Below are positions 37,731 to 45,923 of a stretch of 64,000 nucleotides of DNA, piece after piece. The stretch comes from a virus (lineage: Duplodnaviria > Caudoviricetes), in IMG/VR virus record IMGVR_UViG_3300025913_000019. One strand, given 5' to 3'. The notes under the pieces are model-generated. The model was not told the origin of the DNA. It was given only the letters and a program-made list of their open reading frames with translations, and did no database searches. Each line of letters begins with the position of its first letter. Position 1 is the first letter of the stretch. Position numbers and translations under genes: made by a program.

Positions 37731-38263
37731 GACGGTGAGAGCGGATCGTTGAAGACGAGCTGGGTACCACGCATCATGAAGTTGCGTGTGTAGAGGTCCA
37801 GCCGGTTGAAGTGCTTGGCCATGAAGACGCAGAGCTGTCGCTCATCGATGCCCTTGGCGAAGCGGACAGCCTGCATCCACTCCGGGTACGAGAGTCGGGT
37901 CTGCTCACTGAAGCGCTTGAGGTCAGCACCCGGCGCCAGCGTCTGAAAGCCCAGGACCACATCCTTGTCGGTCGCGGGCTTCAGAACCTTCATGAACACG
38001 ATGTCGATTCGCTTGTCGTCCAGCGTCGACTCGTTGACATCGATGATCTCGGGCAGCCACGGGTTGCCCTTGTTCTTGCGACAGAACGCGACGTACTGCA
38101 TGTACGCATCGTCGGCCTTGACGATCTTGACCGCCACGTCCTTCATCGTCGGGTGCTGGAAGATGACGCCGAACTCACCGCTGGCGATCTCGGCGACGTC
38201 CAGGTCTCGAAGACGCTTGATGTACTCGTCGTAGGTCTCGGCCAGCAGTTGGTTCGGTCCCAT
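37727..38263 (-). CDS. Small protein-kinase-like protein
   Basis: IASGEFGVIF loop, VAVKI, LDLYTRNFM catalytic loop, FNDP. Confidence 0.7.
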   Translation of the reverse strand: MGPNQLLAETYDEYIKRLRDLDVAEIASGEFGVIFQHPTMKDVAVKIVKADDAYMQYVAFCRKNKGNPWLPEIIDVNESTLDDKRIDIVFMKVLKPATDKDVVLGFQTLAPGADLKRFSEQTRLSYPEWMQAVRFAKGIDERQLCVFMAKHFNRLDLYTRNFMMRGTQLVFNDPLSPS

Positions 38264-38264
38264 C

Positions 38265-39458
38265 TCAGTCGCCTTCGTTGATGATGTTGCAGAGCTTGCG
38301 CACCTTCGTCGGGCTCAGCTTGTACTTGTCTTCCATGAACTCGAGGTCGATCGGATGGACGCCCTCGGAGTGGTCCATGTTCGAGAACGTGAAGGTCAGC
38401 ACGTTCTGGTCGCGCCGGACGCGAATCTGCGTGCCCTTCTTGCGCTTCACGATCGCCTTGAGTTCGAGGAAGATTTGGGCCTGAGCCTCGGCCACCTTCG
38501 CAGGGTCGTTCGTGTTGAGCGTGAAGATCAGCTCGTCGCGTGCGGCATCGACCGACTCGATGGCCTCGGCTGCCGAGAAGGCTTCACGGCGCAGGCCACC
38601 GGCCGGCTCGCGAATCTGCATCGAGACCGGGAGGTTGCCGATCTGGCTGGAGAAGCCTTCGAGGCTCATCTGCTTGGCGATGGCCTGCGCGGCCGTCGTC
38701 AGGCTGGTGATGGTGTGCCCGCCTTCGAGCTTGCCCGGCGGCACGAAGTCGTGGTCGATGAAGAGCTCGACGTTGCCGCCGACCGTCCACTTGACCGCGA
38801 TGTAGAGGTGGGGCACGTCCTTGCCCTCGTCGTTCACCGCGTTCTGGAGGATGATGTAGCCGCAGAAGACCAGCTGGTCTTCCTTGTCGAGCGCGGCGTA
38901 CGTCATCGTCTGCAGCGACTCGCACTCGATGTACTTGTTGTTCTCGATTTCTTCGGCCAGCGCCTTGACGAAGTTCTTGTACTGCTTCGGTGCGTGTCCT
39001 TCAGCGATCTTGGCCAGCGCCTGGAACAGGGTCTTGAGCGAGTCCTCGATCTGCGTCTTGAGCTTCTGGAAGCCGCCCAGGACTTCCTGGAACTGCTTCG
39101 AGTTCTCGCCCCGCATGTTCATCTTGAACTCGTTCTCCGCGTTCACGAGGAACTTGTAGCGCTCGCTGAGCCGCTCGGTCAGCGCGTAGTGCTGCTTCAG
39201 CTCGTCGGCGTTCGGGACCTCGACCTCGGGGAAGTCGATGTTCATGGTGCGGCGACGCTTCTTGCCGTCACCGCTGATGTCGAGCGTCTTCACGTCGAGC
39301 GCGATGACCGGAGAGGCCTTGACGACGCGTGCGATCTGGCTGAGTCCGCGGTCGACCATCTGACGGTCGAGGTCGAACTCCTTGGTCTGCTCTTGCAGGA
39401 AGCGCTTGACCTCTTCGAGGCTGCGGAACTTCGTGGTCTGATTGGAGGGCATGTTCAT
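38265..39458 (-). CDS. Hypothetical, probably virion protein
   Basis: 397 aa, coiled-coil-rich N-half. Confidence 0.7.
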   Translation of the reverse strand: MNMPSNQTTKFRSLEEVKRFLQEQTKEFDLDRQMVDRGLSQIARVVKASPVIALDVKTLDISGDGKKRRRTMNIDFPEVEVPNADELKQHYALTERLSERYKFLVNAENEFKMNMRGENSKQFQEVLGGFQKLKTQIEDSLKTLFQALAKIAEGHAPKQYKNFVKALAEEIENNKYIECESLQTMTYAALDKEDQLVFCGYIILQNAVNDEGKDVPHLYIAVKWTVGGNVELFIDHDFVPPGKLEGGHTITSLTTAAQAIAKQMSLEGFSSQIGNLPVSMQIREPAGGLRREAFSAAEAIESVDAARDELIFTLNTNDPAKVAEAQAQIFLELKAIVKRKKGTQIRVRRDQNVLTFTFSNMDHSEGVHPIDLEFMEDKYKLSPTKVRKLCNIINEGD

Positions 39459-40441
39459 TCCTTGTCGTCAGGTTCGGGATACACGACGTCGCGTGTGTAG
39501 GTTCGTACTTGACCGTCGGAGCCGTATCGGTCGTTGTAGGCTTGGGCGCTGTCGGGCCCGATGTTGAGCATCAGGTTGTCGCCGTGTTCGCAGCTGAGGC
39601 GGGCCATGTCCTGACCGACCTTCATCATCTCAGGCGGGATGCCCTTGACCTGCATCCGATCGGAACCATCGCCGTCGACGAACATGCCGACGACGACGCT
39701 GTGACCGGCGGTGCCTTCCCATTCGACAGCTGCCAGGAAGTGAGCCATCGCACGGTACTGCTCCTCGGATGCGAACCCGAGCTTGAGGTCGAGGTGGAAC
39801 GGCAGGTCATCGATGTGCTTCCGAGCCTCGATCTGCTCGCGCTGCGCTTCGAGCTCGATCCTGGCGCTCATCTTCTCGGCTTCGACCATCAGGGGATGGA
39901 TGCCTCCTGCGAGCAGCTCGACCTCACGGGCGCACATGGCGCACGCCAGACGAGAAGAAGGGCCGCCGCACTTAGTGCGAAGGCCGTCGGGACGAGGAAC
40001 CACGTGACCATGGACTTGGAGCGGATCGACATACTTGGCGATGAAGTCGTGGACGTTGATGGTGTACAGCGTCTGAAGATCGGCGTGCTCGCCGTTCGAC
40101 AACGTGCAGGTGTAGATCCCGTCGTGGTAACGCCCGTGATACGAGTCGGCCACGGGCTGACCATTGACACCGACGGTGAAGGTGTGGATCGGATGGCCGG
40201 GCTCACCGACGATCACGATCTCGTGGTTGCGCTCGAGCTCATGAGCGAGACTGCGAATCACGGTCGCCCTGCAGTCGTTGCCCTTGACCGGCATCAGGCC
40301 AGCGCCCATCTGCCCCATGCGCTTGAGGAATGCTTCGACGCTGACGTTGCCACCGTCGCCCACCTGCTTGGCTTCAACAGCCAGGAGCGCTTCGATGAGT
40401 TCGAGCCTTGCGGCCGCGTGTAGCTGCTTGACTTTGGTCAT
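39455..40441 (-). CDS. Multidomain protein with variant signal (QLHAAARL)
   Basis: Starts MTKVKQLHAAARLE; internal CGG...CAMC. Confidence 0.7.
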   Translation of the reverse strand: MTKVKQLHAAARLELIEALLAVEAKQVGDGGNVSVEAFLKRMGQMGAGLMPVKGNDCRATVIRSLAHELERNHEIVIVGEPGHPIHTFTVGVNGQPVADSYHGRYHDGIYTCTLSNGEHADLQTLYTINVHDFIAKYVDPLQVHGHVVPRPDGLRTKCGGPSSRLACAMCAREVELLAGGIHPLMVEAEKMSARIELEAQREQIEARKHIDDLPFHLDLKLGFASEEQYRAMAHFLAAVEWEGTAGHSVVVGMFVDGDGSDRMQVKGIPPEMMKVGQDMARLSCEHGDNLMLNIGPDSAQAYNDRYGSDGQVRTYTRDVVYPEPDDKE

Positions 40442-41085
40442 CGCATCAGCTCCGCGATGATGGCGTTCATCTCCGCCAGCTGGTTCTTGCAGTCGACCAG
40501 CGCATCATGATCGCCCGGCAGCCGAGGGACGTCGCGGTCGAACTTGCGTCCGGCCTTCTGCCGCGCCACTGCCTTGATGGCGTTCATGTCGAAGTACTCG
40601 TAGTGGAACGTGCCGTCGACCGGCGTGTCGCCATCGTAGTGGCTGAGATCGATCACGTTCTTCATGTAGAGGAACAGGATGTCGGTGGGCACGCAGTCGC
40701 CGCACGGACTGACCTTGCCTTTCCACGTTCCGAGCCACTGCTCGAGCAACGACCGCGCCATCTTGTAGTCGATCTTCGACTCGTTGGCCTTGCGGTAGAT
40801 CTCGGTCAGGTGCTTGCGCGCGAAGTCCGAGGTCGGCGCCAGGTCGGTGTGGATGAACAGGTTCAGCGTCGACTCGTCGTCATCGAAGTAATCGGGTCGG
40901 GCGTACGCCTTGCCGTTCCATTCGAGCTTCAGAGCCGTGAGCTGGATGATGTCGTCCTTCTTCGGATCGAGGCCGGTCATCTCGCAGTCGAGCATGACCA
41001 GCCGCTCCGGCATGAACAGCGGACTCGGGTCCATCGGTTGTTCCGCGCTCAGGAGGCGCGCCTTGGCTTTCAGTTGGAGTTCCAT
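40438..41085 (-). CDS. DEDDh exonuclease, oligoribonuclease-like, with LxAKxRL signal
   Basis: Starts MELQLKAKARLLSA; LDCEMTGLD (ExoI), PCGDCV.TD (ExoII), HDALVDC (ExoIII). Confidence 0.85.
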   Translation of the reverse strand: MELQLKAKARLLSAEQPMDPSPLFMPERLVMLDCEMTGLDPKKDDIIQLTALKLEWNGKAYARPDYFDDDESTLNLFIHTDLAPTSDFARKHLTEIYRKANESKIDYKMARSLLEQWLGTWKGKVSPCGDCVPTDILFLYMKNVIDLSHYDGDTPVDGTFHYEYFDMNAIKAVARQKAGRKFDRDVPRLPGDHDALVDCKNQLAEMNAIIAELMR

Positions 41086-41099
41086 CTTGTTCTCTCTGG

Positions 41100-42356
41100 T
41101 CAGAACGTGAAGCTGCTGCCACCGTCGGTGATGCCGCTGATCGTGTTCGCCTTCGACGGCGTCGCAGCGTTGGTCGTCTGCTCCTTGACCATGACGTGAC
41201 CACGGACTGGGAGGATGCGCCAGAGCTCGGCCGGCTGCGCGACTCGCACCTGGACCTCTTGACCGAGGAAGTTGCGATCGCGCGTCGTCCACGGGTTGAC
41301 TGTACCGACGATCAGCAGCCGCCCCGATTGCGACTCGGCGATGATGTCCAGGGTCTGGACTTCCGGGCACTCCGGGCTCATGAGGATCTGGAACGGCTCG
41401 GTCTTCTCGAACACCGAGATGTCCTGGCTCTTGCCCTTCTTCGGGAACTCGAAGTACACCGGCTCGGGGTTGAGACCGGCCTGGGCCTCGAAGTGCGTGA
41501 CCGGGTCCTGGCTGTTGATCGTGATGGTGTGAGGCCGACCGTCAAACCAGTTGAGGACACGCTTGTTCATCGTGTCGGTTCCGTCGATCAGGATCTGCGC
41601 CCTGACCATGCGGTCGCCGTTCATGACGCGGAAGCAGTCGACGACGGCAGCACCGAGAGGCAGGACCATGACGAACGTGAAGGTACCGGGCCGTAGGGCC
41701 AGCGGGCTCGTCGTCAGGTCGAGAGTCGACGTGGTCTGCATCCGGGTCGCATCCACGACCTGACGCCAGCCCCGGAAAGGCGAGAAGCCGCCGATGTACC
41801 CCGATCCGAAGCACAGTGGGCAGCTCACGTCGGTGAGACCGATCGATCCGTAGTCGAAGTCGCGCAGCAGCGCGTCGATGTCGGGACTGAACATGCCAGT
41901 CTCGGTCATCGTCGGTTCGTCGGTCACCAGGTTGTTTGTTCCGTCGTCGGGACCCGCGCGCCGCAGGTCACCGAGGAACTGATTGGTCGCGTTGTTCGGG
42001 CTCGTCTCGTGGTCGTGGAAGTTGTCGATGTCGTCGAACTCGGAATCCGGCGACAGCGGGTTGTAGGCGCCGACGCCGAACTTGGATTCACCGGTCAGCA
42101 CGCGATTGATCGTGCCTGTGTCGGCCTTACCATCGGGATTCAACTTCAGGCCCACCGCCTTCTCCGCACCCTTGCAGGTGCAGGCGATGCCCTGGCTCAG
42201 TCGCGAGTAGAGGATGGCCTTGAACCCCTGGACACGAAACGCAGCGATCATGCGCTGCTGTTGCATCGATGCCACGTGCTCGACCATCGTCTTGGCGACA
42301 TCCGACGCCCGCATGTTCGCAGGCGTCAGATTGGAACGGTTGTCCATCAGCGGCAC
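41100..42356 (-). CDS. Virion protein, possibly head completion/neck
   Basis: GTG 42356 with AAGGAGG SD; CTC and CPLCFGSGYIGG motifs; product inferred. Confidence 0.45.
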   Translation of the reverse strand: MPLMDNRSNLTPANMRASDVAKTMVEHVASMQQQRMIAAFRVQGFKAILYSRLSQGIACTCKGAEKAVGLKLNPDGKADTGTINRVLTGESKFGVGAYNPLSPDSEFDDIDNFHDHETSPNNATNQFLGDLRRAGPDDGTNNLVTDEPTMTETGMFSPDIDALLRDFDYGSIGLTDVSCPLCFGSGYIGGFSPFRGWRQVVDATRMQTTSTLDLTTSPLALRPGTFTFVMVLPLGAAVVDCFRVMNGDRMVRAQILIDGTDTMNKRVLNWFDGRPHTITINSQDPVTHFEAQAGLNPEPVYFEFPKKGKSQDISVFEKTEPFQILMSPECPEVQTLDIIAESQSGRLLIVGTVNPWTTRDRNFLGQEVQVRVAQPAELWRILPVRGHVMVKEQTTNAATPSKANTISGITDGGSSFTF

Positions 42357-42367
42357 GTTGGCCTCCT

Positions 42368-43249
42368 TCAGTTGCTGACCGCGGACTCGAAGTCGTCCCA
42401 CACCTTCGAGACGTAGGTCTTGACCAGATCAGGGTCCACGCCCTTCATCAGCGCCTTGACCCGCGGGTCCTTCATCACCAGTTCGGTGACCTTGGAGACC
42501 GGAGTCGGGCTCTTCAGGTTGTAGATGGCGATCCTTGTGATTGCGTTCTTGAGGTCGGCGCTCAGCGACGCAACGATCAGGCTCATGTTGAGCTTCGTCG
42601 GTGGGCCGATCTCGACGCAGCGGATGATCTTGAACTTCGGGTACTTGTGACCCTTCTCCTTGCGGAAGACGCGCTTGGCCTGCTCGGCATCGACGCAGTG
42701 GTCGATCTTGATGCGGGCCGACGCGAGGTCGCCGCCCTGGCGCGGATCTTCGTAGCTGATGTAGAGCTCGAAAATCTTGTCGCTGGCGGCGCTGGCTGTT
42801 GTCTGCACGTGCGAGGCCACGAGACCCTTGCCCTTGCATTCCTTTACGACGTAGGCCTTCGCGTCGTACAGGTCCTGGTGGGTTGCACCCGTCGACATCG
42901 ACCCGAAGTACTTCTTCGGCTTGCCCGGAATGTCGACCTCGAACACGTCGACGTTCTTGCGACCTTGCTGCTGGACGCGGATCACGGCAGCCATCGTGCC
43001 GTTCTCGTCGTAGTAGTCGATGCGACCGAAGCCTTCTTCCCAGTGGCCTTCGGTGGCCAGCAGGCGGCTCTTGGCCTGGAGCTCGAGCGACGCATGGCTC
43101 ATCTTCTTGAAGATGTTGGTGACGTAACCGTAGTCCTTGGCGTGGCCTTGCTTGCCAGCCGCTTCCTTGGCGTCGTCCCACTTCTTCTCGAGTTCGGGCA
43201 CGGAGCCCTTGCCTTCGCGGCTCAGTTTCTTGATGTACGGTGTCGGCAT
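42368..43249 (-). CDS. Multidomain protein with internal LELQAKSRLLA
   Basis: Signal at residues 55-65 (43055-43087) after a small basic helical domain. Confidence 0.7.
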   Translation of the reverse strand: MPTPYIKKLSREGKGSVPELEKKWDDAKEAAGKQGHAKDYGYVTNIFKKMSHASLELQAKSRLLATEGHWEEGFGRIDYYDENGTMAAVIRVQQQGRKNVDVFEVDIPGKPKKYFGSMSTGATHQDLYDAKAYVVKECKGKGLVASHVQTTASAASDKIFELYISYEDPRQGGDLASARIKIDHCVDAEQAKRVFRKEKGHKYPKFKIIRCVEIGPPTKLNMSLIVASLSADLKNAITRIAIYNLKSPTPVSKVTELVMKDPRVKALMKGVDPDLVKTYVSKVWDDFESAVSN

Positions 43250-43261
43250 GTTCAGCTCACA

Positions 43262-43639
43262 TCAGTCGTAGTACGGAAGAGTAGACTGCTTAGCCTTCTT
43301 CGGGCCAGTGATCCAGACGTAACCTTTTCCGTTGATGGTCACGGTAGCGACGACCGCTCCTTGGTACAGGAGTCGCACCGCTTTCGGGTCAGTCGCGTAC
43401 TCGAGATTGCGTTCAACCTTCCAGCCGTTGGACTCGAAGGTCTTCACAACGTCCTCGATCTTGCTCGGATCGAGCTGACAGGTCATCTGCTGGAAGTCTT
43501 CGTAGGGATTGGAATTTCCCCACTGGCCGTGAGCTTTGGCTCCCCAGCGCTTCACCAGCAGATTGCGGATCAGTGTCGCAGTAGGCTCCGACACTTTTGC
43601 TGCTGTCATTTGCAGACGGGATTTGGCTTGGAGTTTCAT
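43262..43639 (-). CDS. Putative internal virion protein with LxAKxRL signal
   Basis: Starts MKLQAKSRLQMTAA at 43639; GAGGA SD. Confidence 0.7.
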   Translation of the reverse strand: MKLQAKSRLQMTAAKVSEPTATLIRNLLVKRWGAKAHGQWGNSNPYEDFQQMTCQLDPSKIEDVVKTFESNGWKVERNLEYATDPKAVRLLYQGAVVATVTINGKGYVWITGPKKAKQSTLPYYD

Positions 43640-43646
43640 CTGGTCC

Positions 43647-45317
43647 TCACGAGTCATCGCGGAGAAGCTTCTCCAGGAAGCTGGGTGGGCGGAAGCCCCA
43701 GCGGGCCCACAGCTCGGCTTGCAGGTCACCGTCGATGTAGGACAGCGCCGCAGTCGTGCCGGTCACGCTTTCCTTCTCGGTGCCGACGCCACGCTTGTGA
43801 TTCAGCAGCTCGCCGACCTTGGCGGTCATGGCCTTGTACCGCTCGAGCGCTTCCTTCTCGTTCGAGGGCGGCCGACGCGTCTGCGCGTCCTTGTCGATCA
43901 GCTGCTTGAAGAGCGTGGTACCGCGACACGTGCGCAGCTTGTGGACCGTCACCGACTCGGGTGCGCCGAACGTGTGGAACGCCTTGTTGACATCGGCCGG
44001 GCTGACTCTGGCGATGCGGCCGTTGACGTTCACGGTGTAGAGCCACATCGACGGCTTCTTGTCGCCGATGAGTTCGAGCAGGCGCTTCACCAGCAGCGCG
44101 TGCTCCGGGCTGTCGGCCTTGCGGATGATGTGCTTCGTCGGGATCGAGTCCTTGCCGATGTAGGCGAGATTGACGCCGGCTTGCGTGATCGACGCGTTCT
44201 TGACCAGCAGCGTGCCGGCACCGCGGCCAGGGGCCGAACCGATGCGAGCAGCGTAGGTGTAGAGGATCTCGAGCACGACAGCGGAGACGCACAGCTTGTC
44301 AGCCGGGTTCCACTTCTTGATCTTGGCACGCCACGCGTTCTGGATCGAGCCGATGTTGCGCATCAGGTCGGCCACGTGCTCGTACTTGGCGCTCGACTGC
44401 GAGCGACGGAAGTTGGCCGTGTAGCCGTAGGCGACTTCGCCGTCGACCTTGTAGGCCTTGAAGACCCAGTTGGCTTCCGGGTCCTTGCCGTCGTTCATCG
44501 CGACGTGGGTGTAGGTGTTGAGGTTCGGCACACCACCGATGAGCTCGCCGTCCTTCGTGTACCAGTTGCCCTTGTCGTCGATCAGGCCGTCGAAGCCGGG
44601 CACCATCGAGTGGGTGAAGCCCATGCTCGTGATCTGCTTGTAGACCTTCTGATAGTCGGCCTTGTCCTCACCGCTCTTGCGGATCAGGTTCGACAGCGTG
44701 GCCTTGAACTCCGCGTTGTGGGCCTTGCGATGCTCGACGTACTGCGCGTATTGCTTCGGGTTCGTCTCCTTCAGCATCTCCGACTCTTGGCGAGTCAGGT
44801 GCGTGCCGTCGCGACCGACCAGCGACTTGACGACCTTGCGCAGCGCCTGGTTGTCGGCCTTCGGGATCGGCGGCGTGAAGATGGCGGCCATCTCCGGGGA
44901 GCCGAAGGTCGACGCGTTCTCACGAATAAACTTCAGCGCCGACACGGAGTCCGAGGTCAGGTAGGTGCGCAGCGCGTTCAGCATCCGCAGTTCCGGAGTC
45001 GTGTACGCGTTGTTGGCCTTGAACTCGGGGAACGCGGACTTGAGCTCGCGACCGAGTTCGACCAGAGCCTCGATCTTGTTGGTGCCCGAGGTCGCAGCCT
45101 GGATGGCATCAGTCAGCCCCGGCAGCGTCTTCCACTTCGGAGCCGCCTTGACGTAGGGCTTGAGGTCGGCCTTCATCGCGGCCTTGGGGTTCGAGATGTA
45201 GTCCGCGACCAGCGCGCCAAGGATCTGGAGCAGCGAGGTCAGCTGACTGGCGGTGAGTTCGTAGACTTCCACGATGGGTCCTTTGTTTGATGCGTAGTGA
45301 CAGCGTCGTATGCGCAT
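43647..45317 (-). CDS. Type IB DNA topoisomerase with long N-terminal extension
   Basis: Catalytic pentad: ARIG (R), YIGKD (K), HKLRT (R), LLNH (H), ALSYID (Y). Confidence 0.85.
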   Translation of the reverse strand: MRIRRCHYASNKGPIVEVYELTASQLTSLLQILGALVADYISNPKAAMKADLKPYVKAAPKWKTLPGLTDAIQAATSGTNKIEALVELGRELKSAFPEFKANNAYTTPELRMLNALRTYLTSDSVSALKFIRENASTFGSPEMAAIFTPPIPKADNQALRKVVKSLVGRDGTHLTRQESEMLKETNPKQYAQYVEHRKAHNAEFKATLSNLIRKSGEDKADYQKVYKQITSMGFTHSMVPGFDGLIDDKGNWYTKDGELIGGVPNLNTYTHVAMNDGKDPEANWVFKAYKVDGEVAYGYTANFRRSQSSAKYEHVADLMRNIGSIQNAWRAKIKKWNPADKLCVSAVVLEILYTYAARIGSAPGRGAGTLLVKNASITQAGVNLAYIGKDSIPTKHIIRKADSPEHALLVKRLLELIGDKKPSMWLYTVNVNGRIARVSPADVNKAFHTFGAPESVTVHKLRTCRGTTLFKQLIDKDAQTRRPPSNEKEALERYKAMTAKVGELLNHKRGVGTEKESVTGTTAALSYIDGDLQAELWARWGFRPPSFLEKLLRDDS

Positions 45318-45323
45318 AAAATT
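45315..45323 (-). promoter_or_regulatory. Candidate late promoter AATTTTATG overlapping Topo IB start
   Basis: About 17 nt after the terminator stem; ATG in frame. Confidence 0.6.
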
Positions 45324-45338
45324 GGGACCCAGGAATGC

Positions 45339-45372
45339 AAAAGGGCACACGGAGTTGCCACCGTGTGCCCTT
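45339..45372 (-). terminator. Rho-independent terminator
   Basis: AAGGGCACACGG-AGTTGCCA-CCGTGTGCCCTT; U tract on minus strand. Confidence 0.8.
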
Positions 45373-45375
45373 CGA

Positions 45376-45609
45376 TCAGTCGTCAGAACTGGAGTGCGGA
45401 ACGCCGTCTTTGACGGTGACCGTGACGCCGCAACTGCGGCCGCTTGGCGCCTTCTCGGTCTCGAACTGGTAGGTGCGACCTGCGCCGGCCTTGTCGAGAG
45501 CCGCGAACTGGCACACGTTGGTAGCCTGGATGCCGAGGTATGACCCGTCGGCGGGGACCTCTGTACCGCGTGCCACGATCGCAGCCAGGTAGCGAAGTTC
45601 GACGGCCAT
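45376..45609 (-). CDS. Small hypothetical protein
   Basis: 77 aa from ATG 45609 overlapping upstream stop. Confidence 0.5.
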   Translation of the reverse strand: MAVELRYLAAIVARGTEVPADGSYLGIQATNVCQFAALDKAGAGRTYQFETEKAPSGRSCGVTVTVKDGVPHSSSDD

Positions 45610-45923
45610 CAGTCGTCCTCGTCTTCGCCGTCGACGCGGTCGTGAACGTCGATCCAGTCCTGGTCGGTGTTGTCCCACACGACTTCGCCGAGACCGATGA
45701 TGGCGTCACCCGTCAGCACATCGTCCAGCGGGTTGCCGTCGAACCGGTACATGCGACGCTTCTCGACTGCCATGAGACACGCGTCGAGCGGGACGCGAAC
45801 CGTGACCTCGAGCATCGTGCCCGTCTTGGTGCCGACTGCACGACTGCGCAGCACCTCGGGCGTCAGGCTGTTCTTGACCAGCAGCGGCGTCTCGACTTTC
45901 TTCTTGCTTTCTTCGTTGGTCAT
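45609..45923 (-). CDS. Hypothetical protein
   Basis: 104 aa; GGAGG SD. Confidence 0.6.
   Translation of the reverse strand: MTNEESKKKVETPLLVKNSLTPEVLRSRAVGTKTGTMLEVTVRVPLDACLMAVEKRRMYRFDGNPLDDVLTGDAIIGLGEVVWDNTDQDWIDVHDRVDGEDEDD

Noticed and set aside
43647-45317. Tyrosine recombinase or integrase reading
   Set aside because: YIGKD and KLRT spacing match Topo IB rather than the HxLRH recombinase motif.
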